A stretch of DNA of 64,000 nucleotides from Phoronis australis. Its lineage: Eukaryota; Animalia; Phoronida. Position 1 is the first letter of the stretch. Every line of letters begins with the position of its first letter. The position numbers were made by a program, and so were the translations under genes. Location of the stretch: positions 77,462-141,461 of the forward strand of contig NMRA01000482.1 in the NCBI GenBank assembly GCA_002633005.1, written 5' to 3'. The notes under the pieces are model-generated. The model was not told where the DNA came from. It saw only the letters and a program-made list of their open reading frames with translations, and searched no databases. Of this stretch, positions 38,253-50,254 are shown piece by piece.

Positions 38253-39145
38253 CTGAAAAGCAAGAAGAAAAAAGGAACGTTTAAAAGTAGGAAGGACTGT
38301 CTGTTACATCATACCATACAATGATAATGACACTTATGATCAATACATTTTCTGTGTGCATGTTTAACGTTTACATGGTTTAATTAAATCAATGAAAACT
38401 ACAAACTACATACGTCTCCCACATGATGCAGATATCAGATGTCTTGTAGACAAATATGACATTATTTTAATAATAGGCAAACACTGTATATTCCTTTACG
38501 AATGCATCGTGACTGCCTAAATACAAGTCAGAAAAGGGCGTTTGCAATATACAGTTAATATGCAATACACATATTAAGTTACTGATTATTCTTTAAATAG
38601 CGATTTTCATTTAGGTTTCTTCTCATGTCTCAACAATTATAAAGAACTGTCAAAAATAAAATAGACACAAAACTACAACCAAATATCCATTCCCAACGGA
38701 CCAGAACATGTTACAATTAAGGCAAACTTCACAGGTGCTGTTCAATCCATGCATTTTGTCAAAATCGAAGTAATTTCCTTTGCAAGTCCTTTCACAAATA
38801 AACACTTAAAAACTAGGCAGGAAAACGTCACATTAATCTCTGCTTAAAATTGGACAAAAAGTCATTTTTGGTACTGTACAATGTTCTAACTTCTAAATTA
38901 CTGAATAGTTCTGGCAACAAACTGTCCTAGGTTGGTGAACTGTGACAGAGTTCTGTTGCAGTCTGTCTAGATTACCGTGAAAACAGCGTATAAATCATTA
39001 CACTTTGAAGACAACTGCTAGTGAAAGTGATTTACTGGAAGCAAAAATCTTTTGACAAAAGTTGTCAATGAATGGAACTGTCTGGTTATCCCTATCCAGT
39101 CACAAAGCACAAATTTTACGTCCGGAATGACAAAGACAAACAAAC

Positions 39146-39307
39146 CGACACAATCCCTCCACTTCATGTCCTGATCGTAGTTGGCTGTCGTTGCGCACCA
39201 TGGCCGCCCTTCATGGTCTTGAGTGACACACTCCCAGTGTTGCTTTCCATGATACATGAAAGGGAACCTGCATGGCTGGTCAGACACCAACTGACCATCT
39301 GGATGAT
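39146..39307 (-). CDS. FN2-CUB-Sushi membrane protein: fibronectin type II domain 3 exon
   Basis: ttctccag|AT ... G|gtttgt, phase 1-1, 162 nt. PCRFPFMYHGKQHWECVTQDHEGRPWCATTANYDQDMKWRDC is a textbook FN2. Confidence 0.93.
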
Positions 39308-40088
39308 CTGGAGAATAAGGATTGCAAACATTCTGGTTACAACTGACCTCTTTATGATAACAAATTTTATTACTAAAATATTCTGAATACCTAGTAAACA
39401 CATAGCTAATGCAGGTATTCTGGATATCTTATTCCACCTAATTGTACGGTAGACATTGTGTAACGGTTACCATAGTCCCCAAATCAGTGCAAAATAATTA
39501 ATATTTTAGTTACCTAATTCCCTAACAAACACAAAATTCGTGTAAAAATTGCGATTCAGAATCGTGTTCACCTGAATTAGCGTGCAATTATTGCAGACAC
39601 TGCCTGACCTAGGATGTGACAAACGGGGAACTAATTCCAAAGGACAAGTGTTCACGTACTTTGTACCTTTAGTTGGTACTCTGCATTCCTCCGCCCATTT
39701 AAATATGCTTGCGGTTATCATAACCCACCCAATGAGCAGAAACCTGCTGGCCCTCTAATGACTGCATTACTCCAAACAAACCATGAGATATGCCCATCCT
39801 TAATTATGACCCGTTAAATAATTTCAATGTAAGACCAACGTGAAAAGTCAGCACAAACATGCTCCATAAACAGCCTAGACATCTTGAACAGATATTGACA
39901 ACCTTGATTAGTCTTTAATTATGTTTGTTGTGACTAAAGCAACAGTCGCTAAAATCCAGCAATCTTCCTATTTCAATTAGTACCTAAAAATGTTAACCAA
40001 AGAGTGGCAAACATTCATCAAAACAACTCTTGTATGGGATTGTCTTAGCTTAGTCTGAGTCTCATTTTTGCGACTTGTTCAATATTAA

Positions 40089-41794
40089 AGGAGAATGCCA
40101 CCCGATTTTAAATTAGTCTTTTTTACCATCTTAATTGGTCTATATACACATCGCCTCTTATACGGTCGACCACACCTTGCCGAGAGGTGTCGCGTTAACC
40201 TGTAAGGAAGGTGAGAAATGACGCAGCGACGTTAGTGGTTCGTCTGCAGAGTGAATGCCGCTATATCGCGGTGCATCGTTCCCGCTTGTCCGAACTATGA
40301 AGCTGTGAAGAAAGTGGGTATATCGTTTTTTGACTTCCTTGAGAGCCCGAAATGCTCAGGAAGTTACTCGGGGTAGTGAAGAATGAAAGGTACGCTGTTA
40401 ATAGCAAGTATGAGGCCGTGAAATATCTCCGTGTCTGTGGCCGGCATTTCGTCGACAGAGATTTCTCTGACAAATTCCGGCTTACCAAAGAATTATCCAT
40501 ACGTTCCGTTGCCTGTGCATGTTCACGCCTCTCTAGTATTTCTTAATCAGTGTATTCCGGTTCGCATTGGTAGCCTGAGAAACCTACCGATCCGATCCGT
40601 GAAGTCTTCGTCGGATGAGCTCTTGACTAACTAAGTTGGGATTGGCACCGGGCGAGTTGCCATGTAGACGTTTATTATTCTGCATTCTGTTTCAAAATGA
40701 ATTATTCTCATTCTAACCAATGCTTATGTAAAATTGAAACAAATTCCGTCTCATTAGATACAATTTGTAGTGCCTTTGCAATGGTATTTGAGATAATATC
40801 ATTGCAAATGTTGAGAAACCAGTAATGAATGAACCACTGCGTTACCGGCTTTTGGTGCCGCCAATAAAGGTAATTGAGCGACCACTAGGGCCGTGCGAGC
40901 GCATGCTAATTCAGTGTTTTTGACAGAAAGCTGTTGTGAAAAAATTACTCGATTTTATATCTATGGTCACATGTTAGGGGAATCTTTATTCAGAAATACA
41001 AATACATTATTCAAATCATTGTTACTGTACAACCTTTGCCTTGACGGTCTGTGGAAGGGGAACCCGACTTTGCGGCCCCCGACAAATAAGTAGATTAATT
41101 TTCAGTTCGTGGCTAATTCCCATTACATGTATTTCTTTGGCTCACTACTAATACTGGAGGTTTAGTTTCCAACTCAAGCTGGTTTATGTTCGTGCCAGTC
41201 CCGGCAGCCACAACAGGCCTGATCGGGTTCCGAGCCACTGGCTGGGATAATGAGTCAGTCCAGCCGCGACGGGCCTGATCGGGTTCCGAGCCCTGGTCGG
41301 GATAACAAGTGTTTTGTGTGTTTAGAGCTCAAAAAATCAGAAGCCTAAACAACACAGTTCTTGGTTCTCCAGCATTTCACGGAAGAATACTTCGAATTTA
41401 TCCCCGAACAGACCCCAAACTCCTGCTAAGGACCTTGGTAAATTGGCCTGCCGAACTTTGTAGGCTACGGTGTGTCCAAATACCAATAAATCCGTAACAG
41501 CGAAATAAAACAACACGTTTTTATAAGAACTCGATGTATTTTTAAGGGTTTTACATCGAAGTTCGATTATTTATTGGTGTTAAACGATGAATTCAAGCGA
41601 TAAGCTGACTCCAGTAACCTGTGTTGTGAACTGCTGAACAGACTGCGTGTGAAACCATTGACATTATTGGATAATTTCAACACCTCCGTCTGCCGTCAGG
41701 TGTCAGGTAACGCATCCGAACGTGCCGTTATTGAGTACAAATACTGGATCGAAATTGAAACAAAATTGGTTGTTTTTTTGGGTGGCATTCTCCT
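40089..41794 (+). mobile_element. Kolobok-type DNA transposon derivative (1.7 kb, intronic) with a decayed THAP domain
   Basis: TIRs AGGAGAATGCCACCC / GGGTGGCATTCTCCT flanked by TTAA on both sides. From ~40272-40510 it reads CIVPACPN..GISFF/LP*EPEMLRKLL..LRVCGRHFVDRDF (THAP C2CH signature with a frameshift and a stop). Confidence 0.85.
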
Positions 41795-42320
41795 TTAATT
41801 GCATGAACAACATCAGTAATGCGTGACTTCCAAAAGCTTCGTGCAAACATTTCATGGCATCTGATTTTGTTTGGGTTGGTCCAGTGCACCACCAGGCAGC
41901 CTTTTTGGTAAACGACTGCAGTTCTCAAAATGCAGAGCATTGACAGACTTTGTAAAACTATAAATGACAAAAGTTCTTGCCAGAATAATTTAGTAGTTAA
42001 GTCGTTCTTGTATCACATTGGAATAGCATTTTCATTGTAATTTAGTAGTCATTGTTTAATGCGACGTTACTGCGCCTGGCAGGTAATTGTTTATTTTTGA
42101 ATGTTTATGTATGGTAAGTTGTGGGTATTTTGATAAAGTGCGAGGTGCACCATTTTAGTGGTCGATTTAGCATGAATTGAAATGGATTCTAGATAAAAAC
42201 TGATTGGTTATTTAGTCGTGATATTATGTATCAAAACAAGGACGGTGCCTAATGTCTAAATTAGTAAGTTACTTAGCTGTGAGGTGGCCACGTAGACAGT
42301 GTACATAATTTTACTATTAC

Positions 42321-42473
42321 CTTTGCACCTTGCCCACTCGTTCGTACTACAGTGATAATCTGTACAGCACCACATCTGACCACTCAAGCTGTTGACACAG
42401 TTCAAATATGTTGTGTTCCGATAAACAAACGGGAAATGGCACTGCTTGTTGACGCTGTGTGGGCCTGGTGGAT
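42321..42473 (-). CDS. FN2-CUB-Sushi membrane protein: FN2-like domain 2 exon
   Basis: gttcttgtag|AT ... G|gtaata, phase 1-1, 153 nt. QCHFPFVYRNTTYLNCVNSLSGQMWCCTDYHCSTNEWARCK. Confidence 0.88.
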
Positions 42474-42635
42474 CTACAAGAACACAAATACGTCAAGTTA
42501 ATGCATCAGTTGATATCAAATATCACTTCACTTGGGATATAAATTTCCACGCAGGTTTAAGAGTTACGTATTACATTCAGGAGTCCAAGGGAGACATGCT
42601 CACTACTAATTCTGATAGTATTTCTGTATTCGACT

Positions 42636-42714
42636 GGTGCTTCCGACAGCTCAGTGGACTGAAGTGTCTGCACGATTAGCAGAAAGTCCGAGGTTTGAGT
42701 CCCCCTTGGGGCAG
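42636..42714 (+). mobile_element. tRNA-derived SINE head / tRNA pseudogene
   Basis: A-box-like AGCTCAGTGG and B-box-like GGTTTGAGTCC at tRNA-like spacing; no intact cloverleaf. Confidence 0.55.
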
Positions 42715-43313
42715 AAATCTTTTCAGTCTTCTATTCGTAAGGTGGCACACTAACCAGATTTAAAACTGTTCACAAATTACTGAACTGTAATCCATATTAA
42801 CGTCCAGAGCACTTAAACCAATTAACTCAAACAAACAGAAGGTGGACATGAAGTTGATCATGGGTGTTTAAAAACGAAATTTTGAGAAGTCAGGTGTTTA
42901 CTCAAATGGTCATTTTACTCAATGCAAATGCCTTCACCCCACTTTGAACGCAAGTGCAATAATATCAGACAAAAGAATCATTTCAGGTGGTTATTTTCCT
43001 GCCCTAACATGGCACTGTGCCAGTGAAACTAAATGTTTTTTACCAATCAAGATTAAGGGATAAAAGAAAGTATTGGGAGCCAACTGTTCTCATGAGAAGG
43101 TCATTCGTTTGGCAATTGAGGAATTCGTGGTCGTATTATATACTAAGAGTGAGCATGAGTGTTTAAAAGTGTTTGGAAAGTTTGGGGGTGGACTGAAAAT
43201 GGTTATTTACCTGGAGGAATAATCAAATTTCATTTGCCTGCCACAAGGTGCCGTTAGTTACATTGAAGACTACTGTATTTAGATTATAACAATTTACAAT
43301 CCCAACACCTCAC

Positions 43314-43442
43314 CTCGGCAAACTCGCTTTGCCCCAGAAAACGTGAGACAGATATCTTTGCTGGTGACGTTGTCAAATACGCAATAGGTGTAATTGTTAT
43401 CCTGATAGGTGAATGGGAACACGCATGGCCCATCTGACGTCA
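43314..43442 (-). CDS. FN2-CUB-Sushi membrane protein: shortened FN2-like domain 1 exon
   Basis: ctctttgtag|TG ... G|gtgagg, phase 1-1, 129 nt. DGPCVFPFTYQDNNYTYCVFDNVTSKDICLTFSGAKRVCR. Confidence 0.85.
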
Positions 43443-43728
43443 CTACAAAGAGTATTCAAACATGAAAGCCAACACTAAACTGTAACACATAAACACTTGA
43501 CACATCATAAGTATTCACACAAAAAGAACCAACAGAATTTTCCATTATGGCGTCTGAAGGTAAGCCAAATTCATTTTCAAAGTAGGCTTTCTGCATGACC
43601 AAGAATGAAAGGGAATCCAAAGGGAGAGCTAGTCACCTGGTAAACAGTCACAGAAGTGTTTCTTCTCCCTGGGCACAGATGAATACAATGGTCAAGAGTC
43701 AAGATAAGCACAACATCTCTGTACTCAC

Positions 43729-43786
43729 CTAAAGATGGCAGCACAAATACCAAGGCAACTGAAATGGCAATAACCTTGAGTAACAT
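43729..43786 (-). CDS. FN2-CUB-Sushi membrane protein: start codon and signal-peptide exon (exon 43729-43827)
   Basis: MLLKVIAISVALVFVLPSL(G/V) signal peptide; donor G|gtgagt. The upstream strong acceptor ttttcttcttttctctcag implies at least one further 5' exon. Confidence 0.85.
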
Positions 43787-45677
43787 CTTGGGATCAACTT
43801 GGCCAGGACCTTTATTCACATAGTTGCCTGAGAGAAAAGAAGAAAAACTAGTTTTCATAGTGGAATGGATTTAAATAAAACTTAACACACATCAGGTTTT
43901 TGTAAGTGATGGTACATCAGTGCTAGTACTTCAATCATAACACATGTCACAGTTGACCTCACTTAAACTTGTCAAGTACAAAAAGTTGAAACACGTGTTT
44001 CAGATACCAGTAAAAAGCACAAGATAGCAAAATCATTACCGGTATTATAATTTGAACAGGTCCGATCTGGCTATTGCAATGTCATATTGCCTGTGGCGAC
44101 TTCAACTCGAGCCTTATTCACTAAAGAGGACTTCAAATTTTCTTTGTCCAACTTGCCAAACACGACTTCACAATTCCACAAGTCCCTGGTGCTTTCAACA
44201 TGTTTTCCAACAAACTTTTCACACTTTTGAAATATTCAAATTATTTACAGTCCCAAATCAAGAAAACTGCTATTAAATATCACTACTTGACAATCTACAA
44301 CAGACAATCCTCTTTGTGTCCTTATTACGTGTCCCTTGATCCCGTGTCATATTTCCATGATTTCCATTTAAATTTCCCAGTCACCGTCCAGTTCTCGTTT
44401 AACTAAAGGCCATGTGTAGGTGCTGACGTAACTGTAAGTCGGCTCATAAATTAAATTTGACACCACCTGATCAGAGGTGATTGTCTAAAATCAATAATCA
44501 TTGAATTAAATATTGCCAATGACAATGCACATGCAAATTGATCCATTCCATGGTAAAAAGCAGTCAAATTATCGTCTGCTTAACAGCTGTAAAGTGGACA
44601 TAATGATTAGCAAAAGAAGGCAAATTGTGCCCAATAAAGTTTCTAGTTGTAGCTTATGACAACACGACTCTTGACTTATGTTCACTGTCCACCTGGTTTT
44701 CATAATATATTTGTATCTACAGGACCTTCGATCCCTTGATTTTGAGTTGCCACCGAATAATTAAAGCACATATTACCTTAGTCAGGCCTAAAAATTCCCT
44801 TCCAATGATTAAAAAATTCTTGAGCTTAGAATGACAAGTATCTCACACAGACCCTCGAATTGGTGAGAACCGTGGGTTGAAATTTCCTCTCACCCAAAAA
44901 ATTATTGCTGACGGACTTATTCATTACCGGGTTGTCTGACAATGTCCGCAGAGACACAGACGTCAGACAATAATTCTGGGAAGCATGCAGTAACCCTGGG
45001 GAGCATGCAGTAACCCTTACGTGTCTAGCTAAGATTTTGCAATCTGACTATGTTGTCACGTACTTTCGATGGAACCATGTGATTTTGGATGAATTTCTCG
45101 TTGCGATATAGTTACTGAACGCTCCCATAAATCTCATGTCACAAATTTTCGTCTTTGTCAAACACGTACGAGCTCCCGAACTGAACTGCTACAGCTCAAA
45201 TAAACGAAAAATTACATTTAAAGGGAGTAAAATTTTCAAACAGTCAGGCAAGAAAGTTTGAACTTTCACTTGTCCGGGTGCCGAACGTTACCCGCTGTTG
45301 GGCTGCCTGGCAACTGTCGAGCCCTGCTCACGAGCGGGTTTTTTTACATTAACTGGTGGATTCAATGTGAACAGAGTATTTGAGCCGAGCTAAAGTCTGT
45401 GAGAGTCAGACGCAACATCGTTAACTCACGTAAGCAAATTCCTTAATTTTTCTGTATTTAGAGTTTTTGTGAAGATTGCTATTCCTAGGGATCCACTTGT
45501 GCACTGCATGTATTAGAAAAACGTTGGAAATGCAGTTAAGGCGTGAAGTTAGGGTGTAACATTCAACAAAACAGTAAGCAAAATTACCAAACTCATTATG
45601 CTACAGAAATCAAGGAAATATGCCACAAAAGTTTTTCGGCACTACGGGCCTCGCAAATTGCGCCATGCATGATTATT

Positions 45678-45940
45678 CAACAAGCAATATCAGTATCCGG
45701 GCTAATACTCTGACCAGTACAATATCAGTATCCGGGCTAATACTCTGACCAGTACAATATCAGTATCCGGGCTAATACTCTGACCAGTACAATATCAGTA
45801 TCCGGGCTAATACTCTGACCAGTACAATATCAGTATCCGGGCTAATACTCTGACCAGTACAATATCAGTATCTGGGCTAATACTCTGACCAGTACAACAA
45901 GCAATATCAGTATCTGGGCAAATACTCTGACCAGTACAAT
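45678..45940. repeat. 35-bp minisatellite, ~7 copies
   Basis: Unit CAATATCAGTATCCGGGCTAATACTCTGACCAGTA; period 35 measured from 45720 to 45755. Confidence 0.95.
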
Positions 45941-47058
45941 TGGGGTAAAAATTTCTACAAAAATAAGAACTATTTTTAATAAGTCAATTTCTACCACAAT
46001 TTGCAATCTGTGTGTCACAAACAATATTTAAAGTTTCCAATACTTCCAACAGGGTAATCGGCATTTCAGAATTGGAAAAACGACAGTTTTAGCAATTATT
46101 TTTATGCAAAAGAAGTGGAGAAATTCATGATCATATTACTGCATTTGTGTCTTTCTACAATTTGAGAGTTTCATAAAAATTCTCAGGCATTTGTCAGAGG
46201 AGGCCTACATCACCGTCCCTTCGATGCAAGCTATTTGGAATCTTGAGAGAAATTTTGAAACAAAGTCACGAACAGATTCTTTATGAAATCAACCATTAAT
46301 GTACGCATTTCCAAGTCTCTGTTTCAGTCCTTTAATTACTCAGTGCTTTAAAGGAAGTGAATAAACAAGTGCCAAAGGTCATAAACAGACAACAAAGTTT
46401 TATTACCTTGTTTCCTTATTGTTAAAAAAGGTACGAGATTTGAGAATTACATCACCTTTGTTTTTTAAAGCTGATTTTATGACATTAAATTAACTAAATT
46501 GAGCTTTAATATGATCCCAATCCAACACTGTTACCTGGCTGGAGGTTGCCTTTGAGTATATTCACTAAAGCACATAGCGGTGAAATCGGAAACAACTGTG
46601 CCATAGCTAAAAATGTTTAAAAAGCCTACGTTGGAGAAACGTGGTTCATCTTTATAGGGCATCTCTAGTGTACCCAACCTCGTCATCTACAAAGCCACAA
46701 ACTGAGTAAAAGTGAGATTGAGTTTCCTTACCCTTGCCCTTGCCCTGCCCTAGCTCTAGCTGCCTTGGCCTTACTGAGTGTACACTGACTGACTGACAAG
46801 TTGTGTTACAAAACACATCATGCAGCGTTTTGCAGGAGTCTTGCCCTATTATTTTTTGGAATTTTTTCTTTACGCTGATAACAAATATGGATTTCTAGTA
46901 AAAAGGAAGAGAAGAAAGCGGCAAAAATAAACCTCACCTTTGCAACTTCACGTACACACCATTCCACAGAATAAGTTTGAACGGAAACAAAACTATTTGC
47001 AACAGTGCCACCTGGTGTTTGAAATCGAATCACGGAACGCTGATAAAGACTCGTTTGT

Positions 47059-47105
47059 CAGGTAGCCGCGGCTACCTGGACGGACGCTCACACTGAGCGT
47101 CCGTC
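47059..47105. other. Two abutting perfect inverted repeats
   Basis: The 20-bp palindrome CAGGTAGCCGCGGCTACCTG is followed directly by GACGGACGCTCA-CAC-TGAGCGTCCGTC (12-bp stem). Confidence 0.9.
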
Positions 47106-49155
47106 TAATTAAAATTCCTTTTTGATCCCCTGTTGGTGAGTTTAAACAACAAATCTTGTACCGAAGTCAAAAAAGCAATGCATTTATTGTCATTTGAATT
47201 GCGAGTAAATTTTGGAATGTGAGTGTCCAAATTTCATCAATGTCCTTGAGAATTATTTTACATAGGCAAAAACCGTCCAAGTGCATTTTACTACAGTTTT
47301 GGGGATCGGATTATACTAGAGTTTTTCCATATTCAGACTGTAATTTAATCCCCTGAATCATAATCATTTCTTAAAAGACTAGCTTGTAATTGCCCTGAAA
47401 AGTCATCTATTAATCCGTCAGTTTTTGTAGATACAAAAACATACTAACAGAAAGCAACGAATTTGTTGATAAAAACGGAATGTTATAAGCATTTTCCGCA
47501 GGCATGCTCGCAGATTTTTGACGAGAAACCGGGGGAAAATGGAAGATTGGGCATTTATAGTTTGCTACTTTCCGAGGTACCTCAACGGTTCACTAGTTGA
47601 ACTTGGCCTCAGAAAAAGTTGACATATTTCTTTATCATTGCGAATATTTGAGTACTCTAGTCCACTTGTGCACGGTCATCCCAATGCTAGCCTCGACAGC
47701 AATGTTTTCCGCATGTGGGAATTCCTTACCAACAACTCATAGTAACCATTTTCAAAAGGGATACTATTCTTGTGATAGTATGGGAAACAGTAACATTATT
47801 CTGTAACTAACCATCGGAAAAAGTCCTTTTGTGTAATTAACAAATAGCGGTTTTCACGTTCTTCAAGATCCCACCCTTTCGATGGCGGTCAACCCTCCTG
47901 TATTTTTTTCACATTTTTGATTGTTTGGGTCGAATGTCTTGATACTGGTGAGCTGTGCACAAATGTTTTGTGTTTTTGATGAACTTGGAATCTCAACTTC
48001 CCTCGTGAAAACTAGGCAGTGTCGGATTTACATGTATAGAGGGACAAAGGGACATTTCTCCGAACTGCTCCATCCACCGAGAGAGGGTCCCGTCTGAAAT
48101 AGGACACCTTAATTATGAAAGGCTAAACATCATTAAGCTTGGAAAAGAGTGGCAGTTCTTTCCACTGTCGTGTGGTCACAAGACTTTTAATTGCAGGAAG
48201 TGACCTTCCTCAACATGAAAGTCGGTTGCACGATTTCACAAAAAACCCGGAAACTAGACGTAATCGATTCCAACTTTGGGCCCTCTCTCCGTGAGTGGAC
48301 TCTTAAGAATTTGTCAATAAAAACATAAAAAGGTGGCCACTTAAATGTCATCAATGGCCCCTCAATCTGAAAATATCTATATTTTAAAAAATCAAGAAAT
48401 GTGCAGCAATTAACGATTCCTGTCACCGCATCATCAATTTTTCTCAAGTGATATACAATTCGAGAAAAAAAGCGACAGTTGTCTCCGTTACCCCTTGCCA
48501 GAGAGTGGCGTCTGGAAAAATGTGGTTTTGCAGTTGCAAAATTGACTTATTGAATTTAAAAATCCAGTAAATTAGCGGCTAGGCAAAGCTTCTTCGTTTT
48601 ACAATTTTTTCGATTTTTTCGATGGTGTTCACACGTGGTCTGTAATAAGCCTGTTGTCATAACAGACAAAAGATTTTGCTTGGCAGTTAATAAAGAAGCA
48701 AGGTTATCATAAGCTCAGAATCCCCTTCGGGGGTCTGGTAAAGTCACTGAATGGGAAAACGCGCTGTCATGTTAAAAATCGAAAACCATCGCACGCACCG
48801 ACCCAAGGGCACACACCTTAATTTGGGAAACAGCAAAAATACATCAGACGTAGGCCTACAAGTATTCACCCGCTAAAAATTATGTATGGTAACACAAACA
48901 TGTGACATACTTTTGTTTCAGCCCAGCACGGAAAGTCCATTACCGAAAGTCGATCCATGAGCTAGCATGCAACACTGATCTAGTTGATCGCGGACAACTT
49001 GAGTGCCGTGCCCGTTGCGCGAGATCATACGGGCAAATCACAATAAGGTCCATATTCGGTGGCCACTTTTGTTGAAAAATGAAGGTTGTCATATAACTGT
49101 AAAAGCTGGGTTATTTTGAAGTAGGCCTACCATCATCCCAGGTTTGTCATCTAAT

Positions 49156-49342
49156 CAGTGCTGTAGTGGTAAAGTTAGAGGTAAGTATAGGCCCCCAAAG
49201 CCCACCGTATCGCCTTGACCACTGAATTTTAAAAGTGCATTGATTTCGCACTATAATGTAATTTACGGTGCGTAGGCGCTATCTTTCTTGCCAAAAGGTG
49301 TCTGGCTGCGCCTACGTGTGCCTACGCCCCACTAAAGCACTG
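49156..49342. mobile_element. MITE with CAGTGCT termini
   Basis: TIRs CAGTGCTGTAGTGG / CCACTAAAGCACTG; flanks TCTAAT / TCTAAA. Confidence 0.7.
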
Positions 49343-49551
49343 TCTAAAATATTTTGCCCAAGAACCACCGAGTAAAATTTTATGGCCTAACGGCATCGCA
49401 GTTGCATAAAAAAGTACGCACACGACAACTTGTGGTCACAGCCCACTTCTATCATGAAAAAAATCATAAGGTAGCTGTTAATTTAGTAAGTTCTTGATCA
49501 ATTTGAAGAAGTAGCACATACTAAAGTAAGAAAAGTTATTATCTTGCTGAT

Positions 49552-49695
49552 CATGGGCGGCGCAGCACTGAAAGAAAGTGGGGGGATAAAGTCCCCTCAG
49601 CCCCTGTGATGCACCGCCTATAGACCATGTGCGGCCTAGCACTGAAATTTAAAAAGCGGGGCTATAGCCCCCCAGCCCCCTATGGTGCGCCCATG
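49552..49695 (+). mobile_element. Dimeric mini TIR element (two ~70-bp related units)
   Basis: Termini CATGGGCG / CGCCCATG; exact 5-bp TSD CTGAT; internal duplication of AGCACTGAAA..GGGG.TA.AG.CCCC.CAGCCCC. Confidence 0.75.
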
Positions 49696-50254
49696 CTGAT
49701 CAAGTTGTGCTAGATGATGAAACATTGCATGTCTTAACACAGTATAATGAGGACTTCTTCTCTTGCAATATGATTCTTGCAAAAAATGAAAAGTAACTAC
49801 TTTTTTTCTAAAACTTTATTGGTGCTATTTGCCTATTTTTCAATACATTCACCAGTTGGTCAAAATAGAACGCAATGCTACGCCCAGTGTTCAACTTATA
49901 AACTTCAAAAAATGGTACTGGTTGGGGGTTAAGTACACTACGCACAGTTAATCAACGTCAAATTTTGAGTTACAAATGTATGGGATGGCGTCGAGTTTTG
50001 TGCTGCCTCTACTTGTTGCCTTGTTGCAAGTTGTCTTGAGAGAGAACCTGCCTCTGCAGCGTTAGTTGTCACATGACGTGTCTTCTGGGATGTTACTATA
50101 GTCAAGTCCTGTGTGGCATTTTATTGCCCACAAATTTGATAATGTCCATTGTTTTTTTTTTGTCAGACTGGATGCATTTCGGAAAAATCAGTATTGTTCA
50201 TGAGAACAGAAGTATGTAAAACTAATCGTAGGCAATACTTAATAGCACAGAGGT

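Noticed and set aside
42636-42714. Functional tRNA gene (also 57100-57165)
   Set aside because: A/B boxes are present but the acceptor and anticodon stems do not pair properly; treated as SINE heads.
45322-45346. Hairpin + T-run (CCCTGCTCACGAGCGGGTTTTTTT) resembling a rho-independent terminator
   Set aside because: Eukaryotic intronic/intergenic context with no prokaryotic gene upstream.
45678-45940. 35-bp repeats of CRISPR-repeat length
   Set aside because: Head-to-tail copies without spacers; an ordinary minisatellite.
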